64,000 nucleotides of DNA from Octopus sinensis (GCF_006345805.1 NC_043001.1:36518001-36582000), one strand, 5' to 3'; positions 39,868 through 53,501 are shown, counted from the first letter of the stretch. Numbers and translations are program-made. The notes: a model not told the origin generated them from the sequence alone.

Positions 39868-40815
39868 TAGACCGATAAAATAAGTACTGGGCTTACAAAG
39901 AATAAGTCCCGGGGTCGATTTGCTCGACTAAAGGCGGTGCTCCAGCATGGCCGCAGTCAAATGACTGAAACAAGTAAAAGAGTAAAAAGAGTAAAGAGTA
40001 TATATATATGTGTGTCTGCGTATATGTATATGTATATATGTACATATATGTATGTATATGTATATATACACAAAGACACACACACATACAGAGATCAATT
40101 CAATCAGCTGTACTCGGTTTTGGTACCTTGGGCAAGTGCCTTCTACAATAGCCTTGTGCCGACCAAAGCCTTGTGAGTGGATTTAGTAGACAGAAACTGA
40201 AAGAAGCCCGTCGTATATATGTACGTGCGGGTATATGTGTGTCTGTGTTCCCCCACCAACATCGCTTGACAACTGATACTGGTGTGTTTACGTCCCCGTA
40301 ACTTAGCGGTTCAGCAAGAGAGACCGATAGAATAAATACTAGGCTTAAAAAGAATAAGTCATGGGGTCGATTTGCTTGACTAAAAGGCGATGCTCCAGCA
40401 TGGCCGCAGTCAAATGACTGAAACAAGTAAAAGAGTAAAGAGTAATACACAAAGACACACACACACATACAGAGATCAATTCAATCAGCTGTACTCAGTT
40501 TTGGCACCTTGGGCCGACCAAAGCCTTGTGAGTGGATTTGGTAGACAGAAACTGAAAGAAGCCCGTCGTATATATGTATATATATTTATGTGCGTGTATA
40601 TGTTTGTGTGTCTGTGTTTGTGCCCCTCAGCATCGCTTTACAAATGATGCTGGAGTGCTTACGTCCTCGTAAATTAGCGGTTCGGCAAAAGAGACCAATA
40701 AAATAAATACTAGGCTTGAAAAGAATAAGTCCTGGGGTAGACTTGCTTGACTAAAAGGCGATGCTCCAGTATGGCCGCAGTCAAATGACTGAAACAAGTA
40801 AAAGAGTAAAAGATA
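39868..40815 (+). repeat. Tandem duplication (about 2.4 units) of CORE-like SINE family B plus unique flank
   Basis: Non-SINE segment CAGAGATCAATTCAATCAGCTG at 40089 and 40470 (period 381); SINE tails at about 39990, 40440 and 40810. Confidence 0.88.
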
Positions 40816-41566
40816 GTATAAAGAGTATTAAACACGCTTGCGGAACATTTCATTCCAAATTAATGACCAAGGAACATTTATGGTAAACCGTTTCTAAACC
40901 TGTAATTTTCTTAACCATATTATAAATTTACTCTCGTTGTACCTTTGCCCATTGATATACAGAGTTATGTTATTAAGTAGTAAAACTGGATGAGCTAACA
41001 TTTTCAGGCACATGAAAGTATCAAGTGTTACCGTATAAATTTATGCCAAATCCAAGTAAAACAGCTTTCCGTGTAAAACGAAAATCAATTCCATCAACAA
41101 ACACTTAACCTTAACGAAAATTAACTTTTCGCGTAACTAATCATTATAAAATAATCTAATAAGCATTTTCAACGGAATTCTAACACTTTTTCCGTAACAT
41201 AATGGGAGAAGTAATAATAAATAAAATAAAATTACATCAGTTTGCTGGATTGTATTTGTAATTTCACTGAAAACTTCTTTAACCGTAAAAGATAAATTAG
41301 GTTCGTTTATATTTTTAAAAAATTTTTATTTCCACCAGTGGCATATTTAACATATTACAAACTAGAAAATAGTACAAAATTGTGTCTTTGCGTGCGTCTT
41401 TGTGTGTTGACTGAAGAAGAAATAAGAAAAAGCATCTCATACAAAGCCATACACACACATAACTAAAAATAAATATATGCATATATATTTGTGTGTGTGT
41501 ATGCATTTTCCATTTATGTTGATGTATGTATGTATATGTATGTACATATATATGTACGTGTATATA

Positions 41567-41693
<127 letters not shown>

Positions 41694-44439
41694 GTGTGTG
41701 TGTGTGTGTGTGTGTGTGTGAGTGTGTATGTGTATGTATGTATACAATCACACAAACGCATATTGTATACTGATGGGAATTAAAAAGATCGTAAAGCAAT
41801 GAAATTTTCGCAAAGCAACAAGAGAGAGAGAGTGTATAGTGGATGAATGTGATGGTGAGAATATAATCAAGAATGTGTGTAGAATGGAAAAGTACAAAAC
41901 CAGATTCGATTAAACTTTTAGGATTTGCATTAAATTCAAATCGTTTTTCAAAATCTCAATTACATTAAATGCAAAGTGACTTAATGTTTGAAAATAATTT
42001 CAAGAAATCAAAAAAAATTAGGACTAAAAAAAGGATCTTTTATATTTTCTGTATCATTGTCGTGGTGGCAACAGTAGTAACAATTAACCCGCACAAGTCT
42101 GTTGGCTTTGAAAGTTATATCTGGAGAGTAAGTTCATGCTGATCAACATGGTGAGACCCGGTCATGCATTTGAGTTCAATTTTTGGAGTCTGGTTCAGTA
42201 TCGGACTGCAAGAAATATAAAAACTGGGACATGGTTTTGATCAGAAAGGCCTCTATCAAACACGAATAAGCATAGATTAAGCTATTCGTAAAAAGGTTGG
42301 GATGAAGTATCGAACGCTAATATTGCCTGTGTTGTAACTTTATATACAATCTGTTCTTTGTACCTTTTCATATTTTCCTCTGATAAGATTGATGTAGTTT
42401 CTTGCCGAAGGGCTGCATTCAACTAATATTCAGTCTACTACCAATATTCAGTACATGGTAAACTCCGTATGCCGTGGCTAAGGCTGCCTCAACATGGGCT
42501 GAAGCTGAGGCATCTTCAGAGATTTCATAGCAGTGAGCTTCTGTAACCATAGTTTTTCAGCATTCATTTTCGGAACCCTTGCTTTCTTGGTTCACTTCTT
42601 CAGTAAAATTCCATTGGTATCTTAATCGTTTTCTTCTTCCACCTCACTTTTCGCATAGTAATAACAGGATTTCTACCACCTCTGCACTGCTTTGCTACAA
42701 AGCGTCGACTGGGTGAGAAGCATCCACCAGCGGTTCCAGTTTCATTCACCCAGTTGTTTAAATTCAATCTTGATATATTACATTCATATGAGTATAGTGA
42801 TTCAGGTTATATTATCGAGATACCGCTATGTAGGCTGTCAGGCATGATTAGAAAAACATTCCCCACCATCAGGAAGGTATGACTCAACTTGAGTGTAAGG
42901 CCAATGTTTACCATCAAGATACCATCTGAAGACCTATTATTCACTAGACTTAAAGACGCCTGCTTACCCATACCTAAAGAGACCGTGCTGCATTGATTTC
43001 TATACAATTACTCGCAGATCATATACACCCTGGACCATAATCCAGTATTACCGGTAGCAAGCTTTTGTCCCTTCTTGTGGTCATGATGCTCTTCTGATAT
43101 TATTACTTACAAGTATTTGGGGATTCAACTTGAATATGTTGACTGCCTTGATTTGTTTAACACTTGGAACAGTATGGGAGTAAATATTCCAAATGATATT
43201 GAAGTCTCATACCAAAGCAAGATGAATGACGTCAAATATAAATAGCAATAATTTCACCCACCTCAAGAAGCAGGTTTATTAGGGTTTGACCATATTCAGA
43301 CTGTATTAGTTTACATGGTTACCAATGGCAGGGCTGCGTAAATGTCTTCCCATTTTTTTTTGTTCCTCCTTCCTGAGTTCCCTCCAAATTTTACATAATA
43401 ATGTTTAAATGGGCGTTCGTGAGAATGTGTAGTTAGACGTACGATGTCTAGCTTCATTTCTACATGACTTGTTGAGAGAGTTGATATGGCACTATGTTGT
43501 GTTATTAACTATTTAAAGGAAGAGAAAAAGAACACTGAACAAAATTTCAAATGGGAGAATTACATCGAATTTACGTACATGAGTTGTTCTACAAGCAATT
43601 GAGAAAGAGACAGAGAGATAAGAGGGTGGTGGATAGAGAGAATGATGTTAGAGGCACCGTTGGCCTTGTTTACATAGCCAGTCTCATGGTCATATTAAAA
43701 TGCTTTCTGAGCTTAAAATGCGGCTCTCTTCAAAAGCGTTGGGCTATCAACTAATTAAAAGAGAAAACTAAAATGAAAAAAAATTAATTTACCTGATTTA
43801 ACGATTTTGAGTCAACGGCCTTAAACTAATGGAGTAATAATGATAGATGAGTTTTATTTTCCGATTTTTTTTCTTCATATTTTATGAGTTAAAAGATCTA
43901 TAAGACCACCTGGAGAATAATTAACTCTTTTGAACACTTCATCATTTTTGTTGCCACGTGTCATCGTACATATAATTGAAAACGAAAATGTTAACGTTGT
44001 GGTTAAGTTGATTATGAAGCTGTTTTTATAGTCATTGATTTTCTTCTGTTCTTTTTAAAATTGCTTATCCAGCCAATACCGCCAATACAACCGATGCTAT
44101 TTTGGGCCTGCTAGTTTGCTACATATTATTCCCGCTACTCTAACTAATATTTCCAGTGAGAAGCGGATTACACGCTAGCGGTATTTCGTATGAAGGGCAT
44201 AAACACCTAACTCCCATCTTAGACTGCAGTTAGATTATGCAATTGCTACATATTGTTCATAATATGCAGGTTGTTCATATATTACTGCTTTAACTAACAG
44301 CAATGCAGAAGCGACTTTCATGAGTGTGTTACATAGTTTATAGTTTAACACTTAAATAGTGGGGAAAGGGTTGCGTAAATATGTGTGCCAAACGGACAAA
44401 AAATATAAAAAAAGCTATTTTTCTGAAGGGGAATTTGTA

Positions 44440-44631
44440 TACTCTTTTACTTGTTTCAGTCATTTGACTGTGGCCATGCTGGAGCACCGCCTTTAGTCGA
44501 GCAAATCGACCCCAGGACTTATCCTTTGTAAGCCTAGTACTTATACTATCAATCTCTTTTGCCGACTTACGGGGACGTAAACACACCAGCATCGGTTGTC
44601 AAGTGATGTTGGGGGGGACAAATAATACACA

Positions 44632-44703
<72 letters not shown>

Positions 44704-44800
44704 TATATATGTATACGACGAGCTTCTTTCAGTTTCCGTCTACCAAATCCACTCAAAAGGCTTTGGTCGGCCCGAGGCTACAGTAGAAGACACTTGCCCC
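44440..44800 (-). mobile_element. CORE-like SINE family B, 5'-truncated
   Basis: GGGCAAGTGTCTTCTACTGTAGCCTCGGGCCGACC core, internal microsatellite, GAAACAAGTAAAAGAG tail. Confidence 0.9.
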
Positions 44801-44836
44801 CGGAATCATGTGGTGGTGGTGGTGATGGTGGTGGTA

Positions 44837-44869
<33 letters not shown>

Positions 44870-45447
44870 GAGGAGGAGGAGGAGGAGGAGGAGGAGGTCC
44901 TTCTAGCAATAACAACCAAATTCTCATCGCATCATACCTCACTTTCTGTCTTTAAAAATATAGTAACTACACAACGAGTAAGTTCCAGATATATTGTGTC
45001 ATAACACAATATGAGATAATCACAGACGGATGAAGTAGGTTTGATCAGAGCTACCCTGGAAAAAAATGAAGAAACACGACCAATATCGTTATCAACATTA
45101 ACGTCTTATTCAATCACAAACCCTCCAGCCTCACCACTTCGTTTCCCATCATCACCATTTTTAATGGAGGGCGAGTGACAAATGATTATTTTTTTATCGT
45201 TTTCTACTCTCTGCGTGATGTGTAAGCCAAAGTACCTATCGAAGCAACTACAATGCTAATTAGCTTGACGTTTAAAATCTTGTTTGATATGTGTACTTAA
45301 CAGTGAAAGAGTGAAGTAGCAATACAAAGTAGGTAATAAAGTGAAGTGTTTGTGTGATTGAGTTCTGTTTGTATTTTGTCATCTAGTTTAATATCACACA
45401 CACACACACACCACACACACACACACATATATATATATATCTATATA

Positions 45448-45491
<44 letters not shown>

Positions 45492-45573
45492 CAGCATGTT
45501 AACGTGTCAACTGGAAGGGCTACAAGTCCACTTTGCGAGATGTTAAGAATAAAAAAGATCTGCAACTTAAGTT

Positions 45574-45673
45574 NNNNNNNNNNNNNNNNNNNNNNNNNNN
45601 NNNNNNNNNNNNNNNNNNNNNNNNNNNNNNNNNNNNNNNNNNNNNNNNNNNNNNNNNNNNNNNNNNNNNNNNN
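45574..45673. other. Assembly gap (100 N)
   Basis: Run of N; true length unknown. Confidence 1.
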
Positions 45674-45744
45674 CTGTTGTACATGTGTGTGTGAGAGTGT
45701 GTCTGTCTGTGTGTTTGGGTGTGTGAGTGGGGGGGGTGCGTGTG

Positions 45745-46065
45745 TGGTAAAAAGCTTACTTCACATGGTTCTGTGTTCAGTCCCTCTGCTTGGTACCTTA
45801 GGTAAATGTCTCCTACTGTTGCCTCGTACCGACCACAGTCCTGTGAGTGGATTTGGTAGACGGAAACTGAACGAAGCCCGTCGTATATACATATGTGTGT
45901 GCGCGCGTGAGTGTATGCGTGTGTGTATGTCTGTGTTTGCCCACCACTACCACCACCACCACCACCATCGCTTGAAACCGATGCTGGGGTGTTTTTGACA
46001 CCGTAACTTAGCGGTTCGGTAAAAGAGCCCAATAGAATAAGTACTAGGCCTACAAAGAATAAGTT
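45745..46065 (+). mobile_element. CORE-like SINE family B copy
   Basis: GTTCAGTCCC head, GTGAGTGGATTTGGTAGACGGAAACTG, GTAACTTAGCGGTTCGG. Confidence 0.85.
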
Positions 46066-46648
46066 GTGGAGCACCAGAGGAAAGGAAAACTACAATATCG
46101 GTAATAATACTGTAATAACATAAAAAATAACATTAGGTTAACGTATGATGCAAAAACGCAATTGTGGTCACTAAGCTACTGCTTTCGTCTCTCATGTAAA
46201 TACTAATACTAATTGACCCCACGAGGAATTATGTAATATAGAACTAAATCGATCCCAGTTTTTAAGGTCAACTTCATTCCTTCTTGACTAGCGAGAAAGC
46301 GTATGGAAATACTTTCAAATCATGACACTCTAAGTCGGAAAAAGTACACGATGGGTAGTGAAGAAGTAAAGAAAAATTGATATATCCCCTGTGGTATTTC
46401 TGTAAGACTGAGTGAGCTCCCTTTACATTACATCTTGTGCTTTACACGAAACAAGTAGCAGAAAATGAATTTCAGTTCTTTGAGATGGATCTCCTGTCTG
46501 ATCCCAGCACAATGTCTGAAACGTTTAGAGCAGTAAAAGCAAAAATATATTAGGCGAAATACATATTGTACACAGCTTTTAGAAAGTGGATCTGGATCAT
46601 TCTATGACCGACCATAATTTCTAAGTATGTATGTATATATATTTAGTT

Positions 46649-46962
46649 TTTGGATTTGGTTTGCAAGATTCTTTATATGAGTTCGTGTGTTGAAGCATAT
46701 TCTGTTGTGTCTGGAGAGAGTCATTTTCTTCTTGTGTCTTATTATGTAACACATTCACCGGTAAAATTTCCACTTATTTCTTATTTTTATTGTCCTAAAA
46801 TTTTCATTGCGTCTTGCAACCTTTTCAATAGTTTCTGAAAAGTTTGCAAGACGAAATGAAAATTTTAAGAAAATAAAAATAAGAAAATAAGTGGAAATTT
46901 TACCGGTGAGTGTGTTACATAATAAGGCACAAAAAGAAAATGTCTCTCCCCAGACAACAGAA
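46649..46962. repeat. Family Y fold-back with an 8-nt loop
   Basis: Arms 46700-46827 and 46836-46962 are inverted; flanked by TA-rich repeats. Confidence 0.9.
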
Positions 46963-46965
46963 ATG

Positions 46966-46998
<33 letters not shown>

Positions 46999-47097
46999 GA
47001 TATATATATATATAATATATAAATATAATATAAATATATATATATATAGGAGTATATGTGTATGTATTTATGTATATGTATATATATATATGTATAT

Positions 47098-47479
47098 GAG
47101 AGAGTAATCACTATGTGGTCGACTCTAGTGCTAAAAATAGATCCGCTATGGTATAGCCACTAAAATTTGTTTCCAAGGAGAAATAACACAACATTTAAAG
47201 TAGGGCAAGTGAAAAATAACGAAAAAATAGATTAACTCTGGACAATTGTTTCATTATTAATGTAATATGCAATTTTGCTTACATAACATCTATAATTCAT
47301 CAGCAGAAGTTTGTCTAAACTACAATTTATTAAATCGTACGTTAAATTTTGACGCAGCGTCAAACATACGTTAAAACGTTAAATGTTGTGTTATTTCTCC
47401 TTGGAAACAATTTTTAGTGGCTATACCATAGCGGATCTATTTTTAGCACTAGAGTCGACCACATAGTGGTTACTCTCTC
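47098..47479. mobile_element. MITE with TIRs of about 100 bp, GAG..CTC termini and ATAT flanks (Sola-like)
   Basis: 47094-47198 versus 47379-47483 show 2 mismatches in 105 bp. Confidence 0.85.
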
Positions 47480-47784
47480 ATATTTATGTATAAATTTGTA
47501 TTGTATCCCTGGTTTTTATGTGCTAAGCTTAACTTGGTGTTAAATTGATGGTATTAATAAATTAATATCAAATTTTTCATCCTCATATGTAAATGTATAT
47601 TATATGTATATATACATACATATATGTATATGTATATATATGTATGTATATATATACACACACACACACATATATATATTATATATATATATATATATAA
47701 ATATATTATATATTAATATATATTATATATATATATAATATATATATTATTGATATATATATATAAAAGAAATAATTGAGATTC

Positions 47785-48095
47785 AGTTGAATTAGGTACT
47801 TAAGTTAAGCACCAAGATGAATAAAATCAAAATAAGCAACGGGATATCAAGAAGTGGTGCAATACGACCATTTGAGATGGCTCCATTTAATTGAACAATG
47901 CAATCATTACATCAATTTAAATGCAGAGATATCATCAGCTGCAAAAATAAATAGAATTATAATCAGTTGGACACTTTAATGTATGTTTTCCCAAATACTT
48001 TAACAGAACACGAATATGGATGAAATCCATGTTGACGCTATTGTAGCTAAAATAGACTGTGTATATCTTCTTGATATCCTGTTGCTTATTTTCAT
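47785..48095. repeat. Diverged family X copy with short inverted arm
   Basis: AATCAAAATAAGCAACGGGATATCAAGAAG near 47826 and its reverse complement near 48066-48092. Confidence 0.7.
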
Positions 48096-48130
48096 GATAT
48101 ATATGTATGTATGTATGTATGTATATATAG

Positions 48131-48166
<36 letters not shown>

Positions 48167-48193
48167 CATACGTACATAATAATACATACATAA

Positions 48194-48228
<35 letters not shown>

Positions 48229-49313
48229 TATATATATAATATATATATATAATTATATATATATATTAGATATATATATATTATATATATATATATGTAT
48301 GTAGTATGTATGTATATGTATATACGATACCTATTTGTGGTACAGAACATGGGCCAACTTGACGTAATTTCGTAATGTCGATGCCTGATCTAAATTCCAT
48401 TCCTTGTGCAGACTAATATACCTCTCTCATGTTGGTGATGATTTCCTGGCATGGAAACGAATCGGGGCTGCCATACAACCCTCCTCCGTTTCGTATGTAA
48501 TATAAGGACTATGTTATATTAAAAACCAAAATAATATTAGTTGTTTTTGTAACTGCCGGTGTTGTTGCTGTTGTTGTTGTTGTTCTTGTTCGTTCCTGTT
48601 GCTGTTGCTACTTCTGTTATTTAACCCTTTTCTGAACCCTGAATGAGCAGCACCATGACCAAAGATCTTTCAGCTGTGACTATGCCACAATAATTTTAGT
48701 TTTTTTTATTATAGATTACATTACCAATGCGGCCCCCTTTTTCTAAAACTCTAGGATATGGTTTGAGAGAGATAACTGCTGCTATTTTCTTCAGCGACTT
48801 AGAGACTTCTTTGAGCTCTCAAAAAACGGTTTTAATAGTTGTTGCTACTGATATTGGTGTCGTTGTTGCTGTATAAATCCAATCACATAGACTTAATATG
48901 TCCCAGCTTTAACCATTCTGTCTTTGCTTTATATATCCAACGTTATATAATACATTTCCGACACAATACTGCAGTTTGAAAAAAAAAATTGCCTGTTATT
49001 TCTAGTTGGTTGTAAATAGGAGTAGGGACGCCCACGTTTATTTGAAACCACATCGAGTCGAAATATATAAGATGCTGACTTGACAGTCATGTTACATCAT
49101 TGACAAAATGTAATATAGTATTTAGTTTCTCACAATTACATTCACAGTTTGAATCTCCATAGCTCTTGGGTCTTTAAAATAAGGGTGAATACATTTCATC
49201 GAACGGTTTTATTATTTGAGATGGTTTTCAATTCTGGAATTTAATGGATTTTCAAGACTTGCATCTATTCTCAGACAGTCGAAAAGAAACCAAGTAGAAA
49301 GTATAAATATACG

Positions 49314-49360
<47 letters not shown>

Positions 49361-49441
49361 TAATGTGTGTGTTAGAGACACATATATATATAATTATATA
49401 TATGTATATATATTAGATCAATATATATATATATATCTATA

Positions 49442-49541
<100 letters not shown>

Positions 49542-49649
49542 TTATATAACTTCATGTATGTATCTATCATGAATAACCATGAGCAAATTAATAGGAATTG
49601 GGACTTTGGTACCCTACCTTGTATATTCAACAAACGTGTGTATGTATGC

Positions 49650-49685
<36 letters not shown>

Positions 49686-50131
49686 GTATGTATTATATAT
49701 CACCGTTAAACCGTAATACATTATTTACGTACACATAGTGTTCCGAAGGTAGTCATTGCTATGTCGATTTCCAAAATGAGCTTACACTTCCTTTCCAAAA
49801 CTCCGACGAAGCTCTAAGTTTTTGCACAAGCATACATATCTGAGTGCACTGATTCTTATGGCAGAAACAGGTACAAGGTAAATGAGGTTGATTATCTAAT
49901 TCTTCTTCCCTTGTCATTCAATAATTAATTTTGTGCTTTGTTCATGCCTAACGCTTTATTCTCTTGAGTTTTAACAATTATTTATTTGTATCGCTGTGCG
50001 AAATTCAATTTCTGTCCAAATTGATTTCATATTCAGTATAGTGGTACACCTTTTTAGGCTAATCAATGCCATGAAAATCCTCTTCGCTATAAATTAATAA
50101 AGAGTTCAGTTCTATATTTAAGAGAGTGGCA

Positions 50132-50286
50132 ATTATTTACTTTATTTACATTTGATGGATATTTGTCCTCATCTTGTTTGTTATTAACACAACATTTCAG
50201 CTGATATACCCCCCCCCAGGCTTCATAAGGTGTCTTGGAGATATTTCGAACCTGGGTTCTCATTCCTAAGGTATTTTTCGATGTTG

Positions 50287-50347
<61 letters not shown>

Positions 50348-50400
50348 GAGCGCGGGCTACTAACCCCAAGATTCCGAGTTCGATTCCAGGCAGTGACCTA

Positions 50401-50444
<44 letters not shown>

Positions 50445-50601
50445 CATCGAAAAATACCTTAGGAATGAGAAACCAGGTTCGAAATTTCCCCAACACACCT
50501 GATGAAGGCTGGAGGGTATATCAGCCGAAACGTTGTGTTAACAACAAAAACGATGAGGACAAATATCCGTCAAATGTAAATAATGTAAATCATGTAAATA
50601 A
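50132..50601 (+). mobile_element. tRNA-headed element with hammerhead-containing 3' region and an inverted copy of that region upstream
   Basis: Inverted arms 50132-50345 and 50400-50592; spacer 50346-50399 has B-box GAGTTCGATTCC; tail repeat ATGTAAAT(A/C) x3. Confidence 0.85.
50495..50538 (+). ncRNA. Minimal type I hammerhead ribozyme (predicted)
   Basis: ACAC(50495-98)-CTGATGA(50499-505)-A-GGCTG/CAGCC stem II-GAAAC(50527-31)-GTT-GTGT; palindromic AACGTT in place of stem III. Confidence 0.7.
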
Positions 50602-51006
50602 AGAGTTATTAGCTATTAAAGTTTGAACATTTTTGGTAATTTTAGCCAATCGTAAACCAAAGACACATTCATGTTTCCATAGTAACAAGCCGAACATGAG
50701 AACTCTTTCGTCTACCAGAAAGCACGTGTTGAGAAATATACTGAGACGGTTTGTTGACGCTATGTTCTACTGTTATACCCACTAAAATGTATTTCGAATG
50801 CTTCAATGTTTTTTTTTCTTAATATTTAATTTGTAATGTGCTGTTTATCACAGTGAATGCATATTGAATGCTTAAAACTACAAAAGATCTGTTGTTTCCT
50901 GCTTTTCTGCGTGCAGAATACAAATATTAACAACCTGCTATTTCCAGGATGTTGACAAAATGAGTTGTGACGCACAAAACGACAGCTTGCAAACCCTATT
51001 TCCTGA

Positions 51007-51739
51007 CTATAAGTTTTTTAAGAAAAATTCTGGAAAAGTGAAATAACTCTAACAATTCAGCTCAGAAAACTACATTAATGTACCAAATTTTAGAAATTTC
51101 GATAAACTTTAATTTTTGAATATTGCCGCAAAGTAATTAGAAATAAAAAGAATGGCATGCTTTGACAGTTACTCTTTTACTCTTTTACTTGTTTCAGTCA
51201 TTTGACTGTGGCCATGCTGGAGCACCACCTTTAGTCGAGCAGATTGACACCAGGACTTATTCTTTGTAAGCCTAGTACTTATTCTATCGGTCTCTTTAGC
51301 CGAACCGCTAATTTACGGTGACGTAAACACACCGGCATCGGTTGTCAAGCGATGTTGGGGGGACAAACACAGACACATAAACATATACACACATATATAT
51401 GTATACATATATACGACGGGCTTCTTTCAGTTTCCGTCTACCAAATCCACTCACAAGGTTTTGGTCGACCCGAGGCTTTAGTAGAAGACACTTGTCCAAG
51501 GTGCCACGCAGTGGGACTGAACCCGGAACCATTTGGTTGGTAAACAAGCTACTTACTACACAGCCACTCCTACGCCTATAAGTTTTTATTTTAATTTCTG
51601 AAAAAGTGAAATAACTCTAAACAATTCAGCTCGGAAAACTACATAAATGTACCAAATTTTAGAATCTTCGATAAACCTTAATTTTTGAATATTACCGCAA
51701 AGCAATTAGAAATAAAAAGAATGGCATGATTTGTCAGTT
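51007..51739 (+). repeat. 164-bp direct repeat flanking the SINE
   Basis: 51007-51170 and 51576-51739, roughly 90% identical by eye, abutting both SINE ends. Confidence 0.9.
51171..51575 (-). mobile_element. CORE-like SINE family B, full length
   Basis: Head AGGCGTAGGAGTGGCTGTGTAG..GGGTTCAGTCCC, core CCTTGGACAAGTGTCTTCTACT, (GTAAAAGA)n tail. Confidence 0.92.
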
Positions 51740-53435
51740 GTTTGTTTGTTTTTTCTTTTCCAGTTTATTTTCATGTTAGATAAATATTATATACTTGGAA
51801 AAGTAAACGAAGGCAACGTTGTTATTTTTATATCGATAGTTTCATTAAAAGGAGCTATATTAGATGAACATGAAGAAAGCAGTTAGTTAAACTTTAAACA
51901 TGGTAAAAATCTAAAAGCGATGACTTACAAATATATCAATTGAAAGCACATAGTATCAAACACTGACATAAACAGTCTTTGAATCATAAAACTCCACATC
52001 ATATAAAGCAGGAAGATTCGTCATTATTTCCGTTTCCACATTCATGCTCGTGCAGTGAATACGAGCAATAAAGTAGACATAAGTAATTTACAAGTTTGAC
52101 ACGGGATCACCTAGGTGTTGTCAATAAACATCATGTAAACATTTAAATATTATATACATGTAAACAATATACAAACAATATAAACACACTGCAATAGAGC
52201 ACTAAGGGCATAATAACAATTTCACGGAACCAAGAACTTAAATCATTACATACAATGTTTATGTCGTAATTATTTAAGAAACTAACTCACAAACCGCAAA
52301 CAGATCTCATATATAAAATTACATAACGATTATTAATATATCAAGTTTCATAGAAGACAGTATAACATATATGAATGAATGCATCTATACATGGAAACAC
52401 AGTCCGACACTGGGATCGTTGAAAGCACAGACAGCAACGAAGATATACAAGCATTCAAAATAAAAGCCAGGAATGTAATAGATATGTATATGCCACTAAC
52501 CACCCTATTCCCCGTGTTAAACATTTGAAGTACATACTGCACTATAAACACTTCACAGCATCATTGTTAGATAAATACCTGAACGCAAATAGCACCACCT
52601 GGTACGATACAGGTAATAAATGGATGAAAAGAGGCACAAAAAGTAAACCCCATTTACACCAAAAAAACGGATGCAATAATGAAACTGTGTATCTCTCCAA
52701 GTTATTTACAACAGATCATTACAAGAAAATCCCTGTTCAACATAATTAGCCATCGCAACATGGTAAACTGTTCTTCAATTACGTTCCGAGCACGTATCTG
52801 GCCTTATCATAGTTACATATCAGTGAGAACAATAAAAACACTTGAGAAAATTTGTTGTGGATATTTGAGCGGGGGTGACAGGACACTAGCAAAATCTGAA
52901 GCGCATAGGCCAATGTAGTAGCGACAAAAAAATGCAGTGAGACCATACAGTACATCTATGAACCAAAGGTTGGAATCTTTTGGTGAGTAACGCTATGCAT
53001 ATCAGACAAGTCACATTTTTGGATGCGGCCGGGAATGCTGCGGCTCTCTTTGTGTAGCACAAGCAGTCCCACACATCTGAAAATTATTCCACAATCAGTT
53101 TGATCTAAGATTAAAAATGACTTTGTAGTTGTTGAGGGTGGCGTATTTCCTGACTGTACACAGGAATTTTATGATGCATTTGTACTTACGTTGAAGATGT
53201 GCTTTTGCCAAGTCAATATATATATATAAGTGGTACAACAAGGCACTAATATTTACTGGAAACTAGCAATCGCTATAAATACGACGCTATTGTATAGCTT
53301 CACTGCGTATTTACTAGCAAAGACGTGTGTGTGCAACAAACATGAAAAATTTGTCTTACATCTAGGAAGAACATTCGATAAATATCAATGCCTTATGGGG
53401 CTTTATTTTACTGGAAAGTAATACATTTGTATTGC

Positions 53436-53501
<66 letters not shown>

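Noticed and set aside
42480-42530. Minus-strand CTGAAGA followed by the hairpin TGCCTCA/TGAGGCA
   Set aside because: No GAAA after the stem; a PLE origin is possible but unsupported
42806-42876. Plus-strand 71-nt exon candidate (YIIEIPLCRLSGMIRKTFPTIRK)
   Set aside because: Poor polypyrimidine tract, no partner exons, no recognised homology
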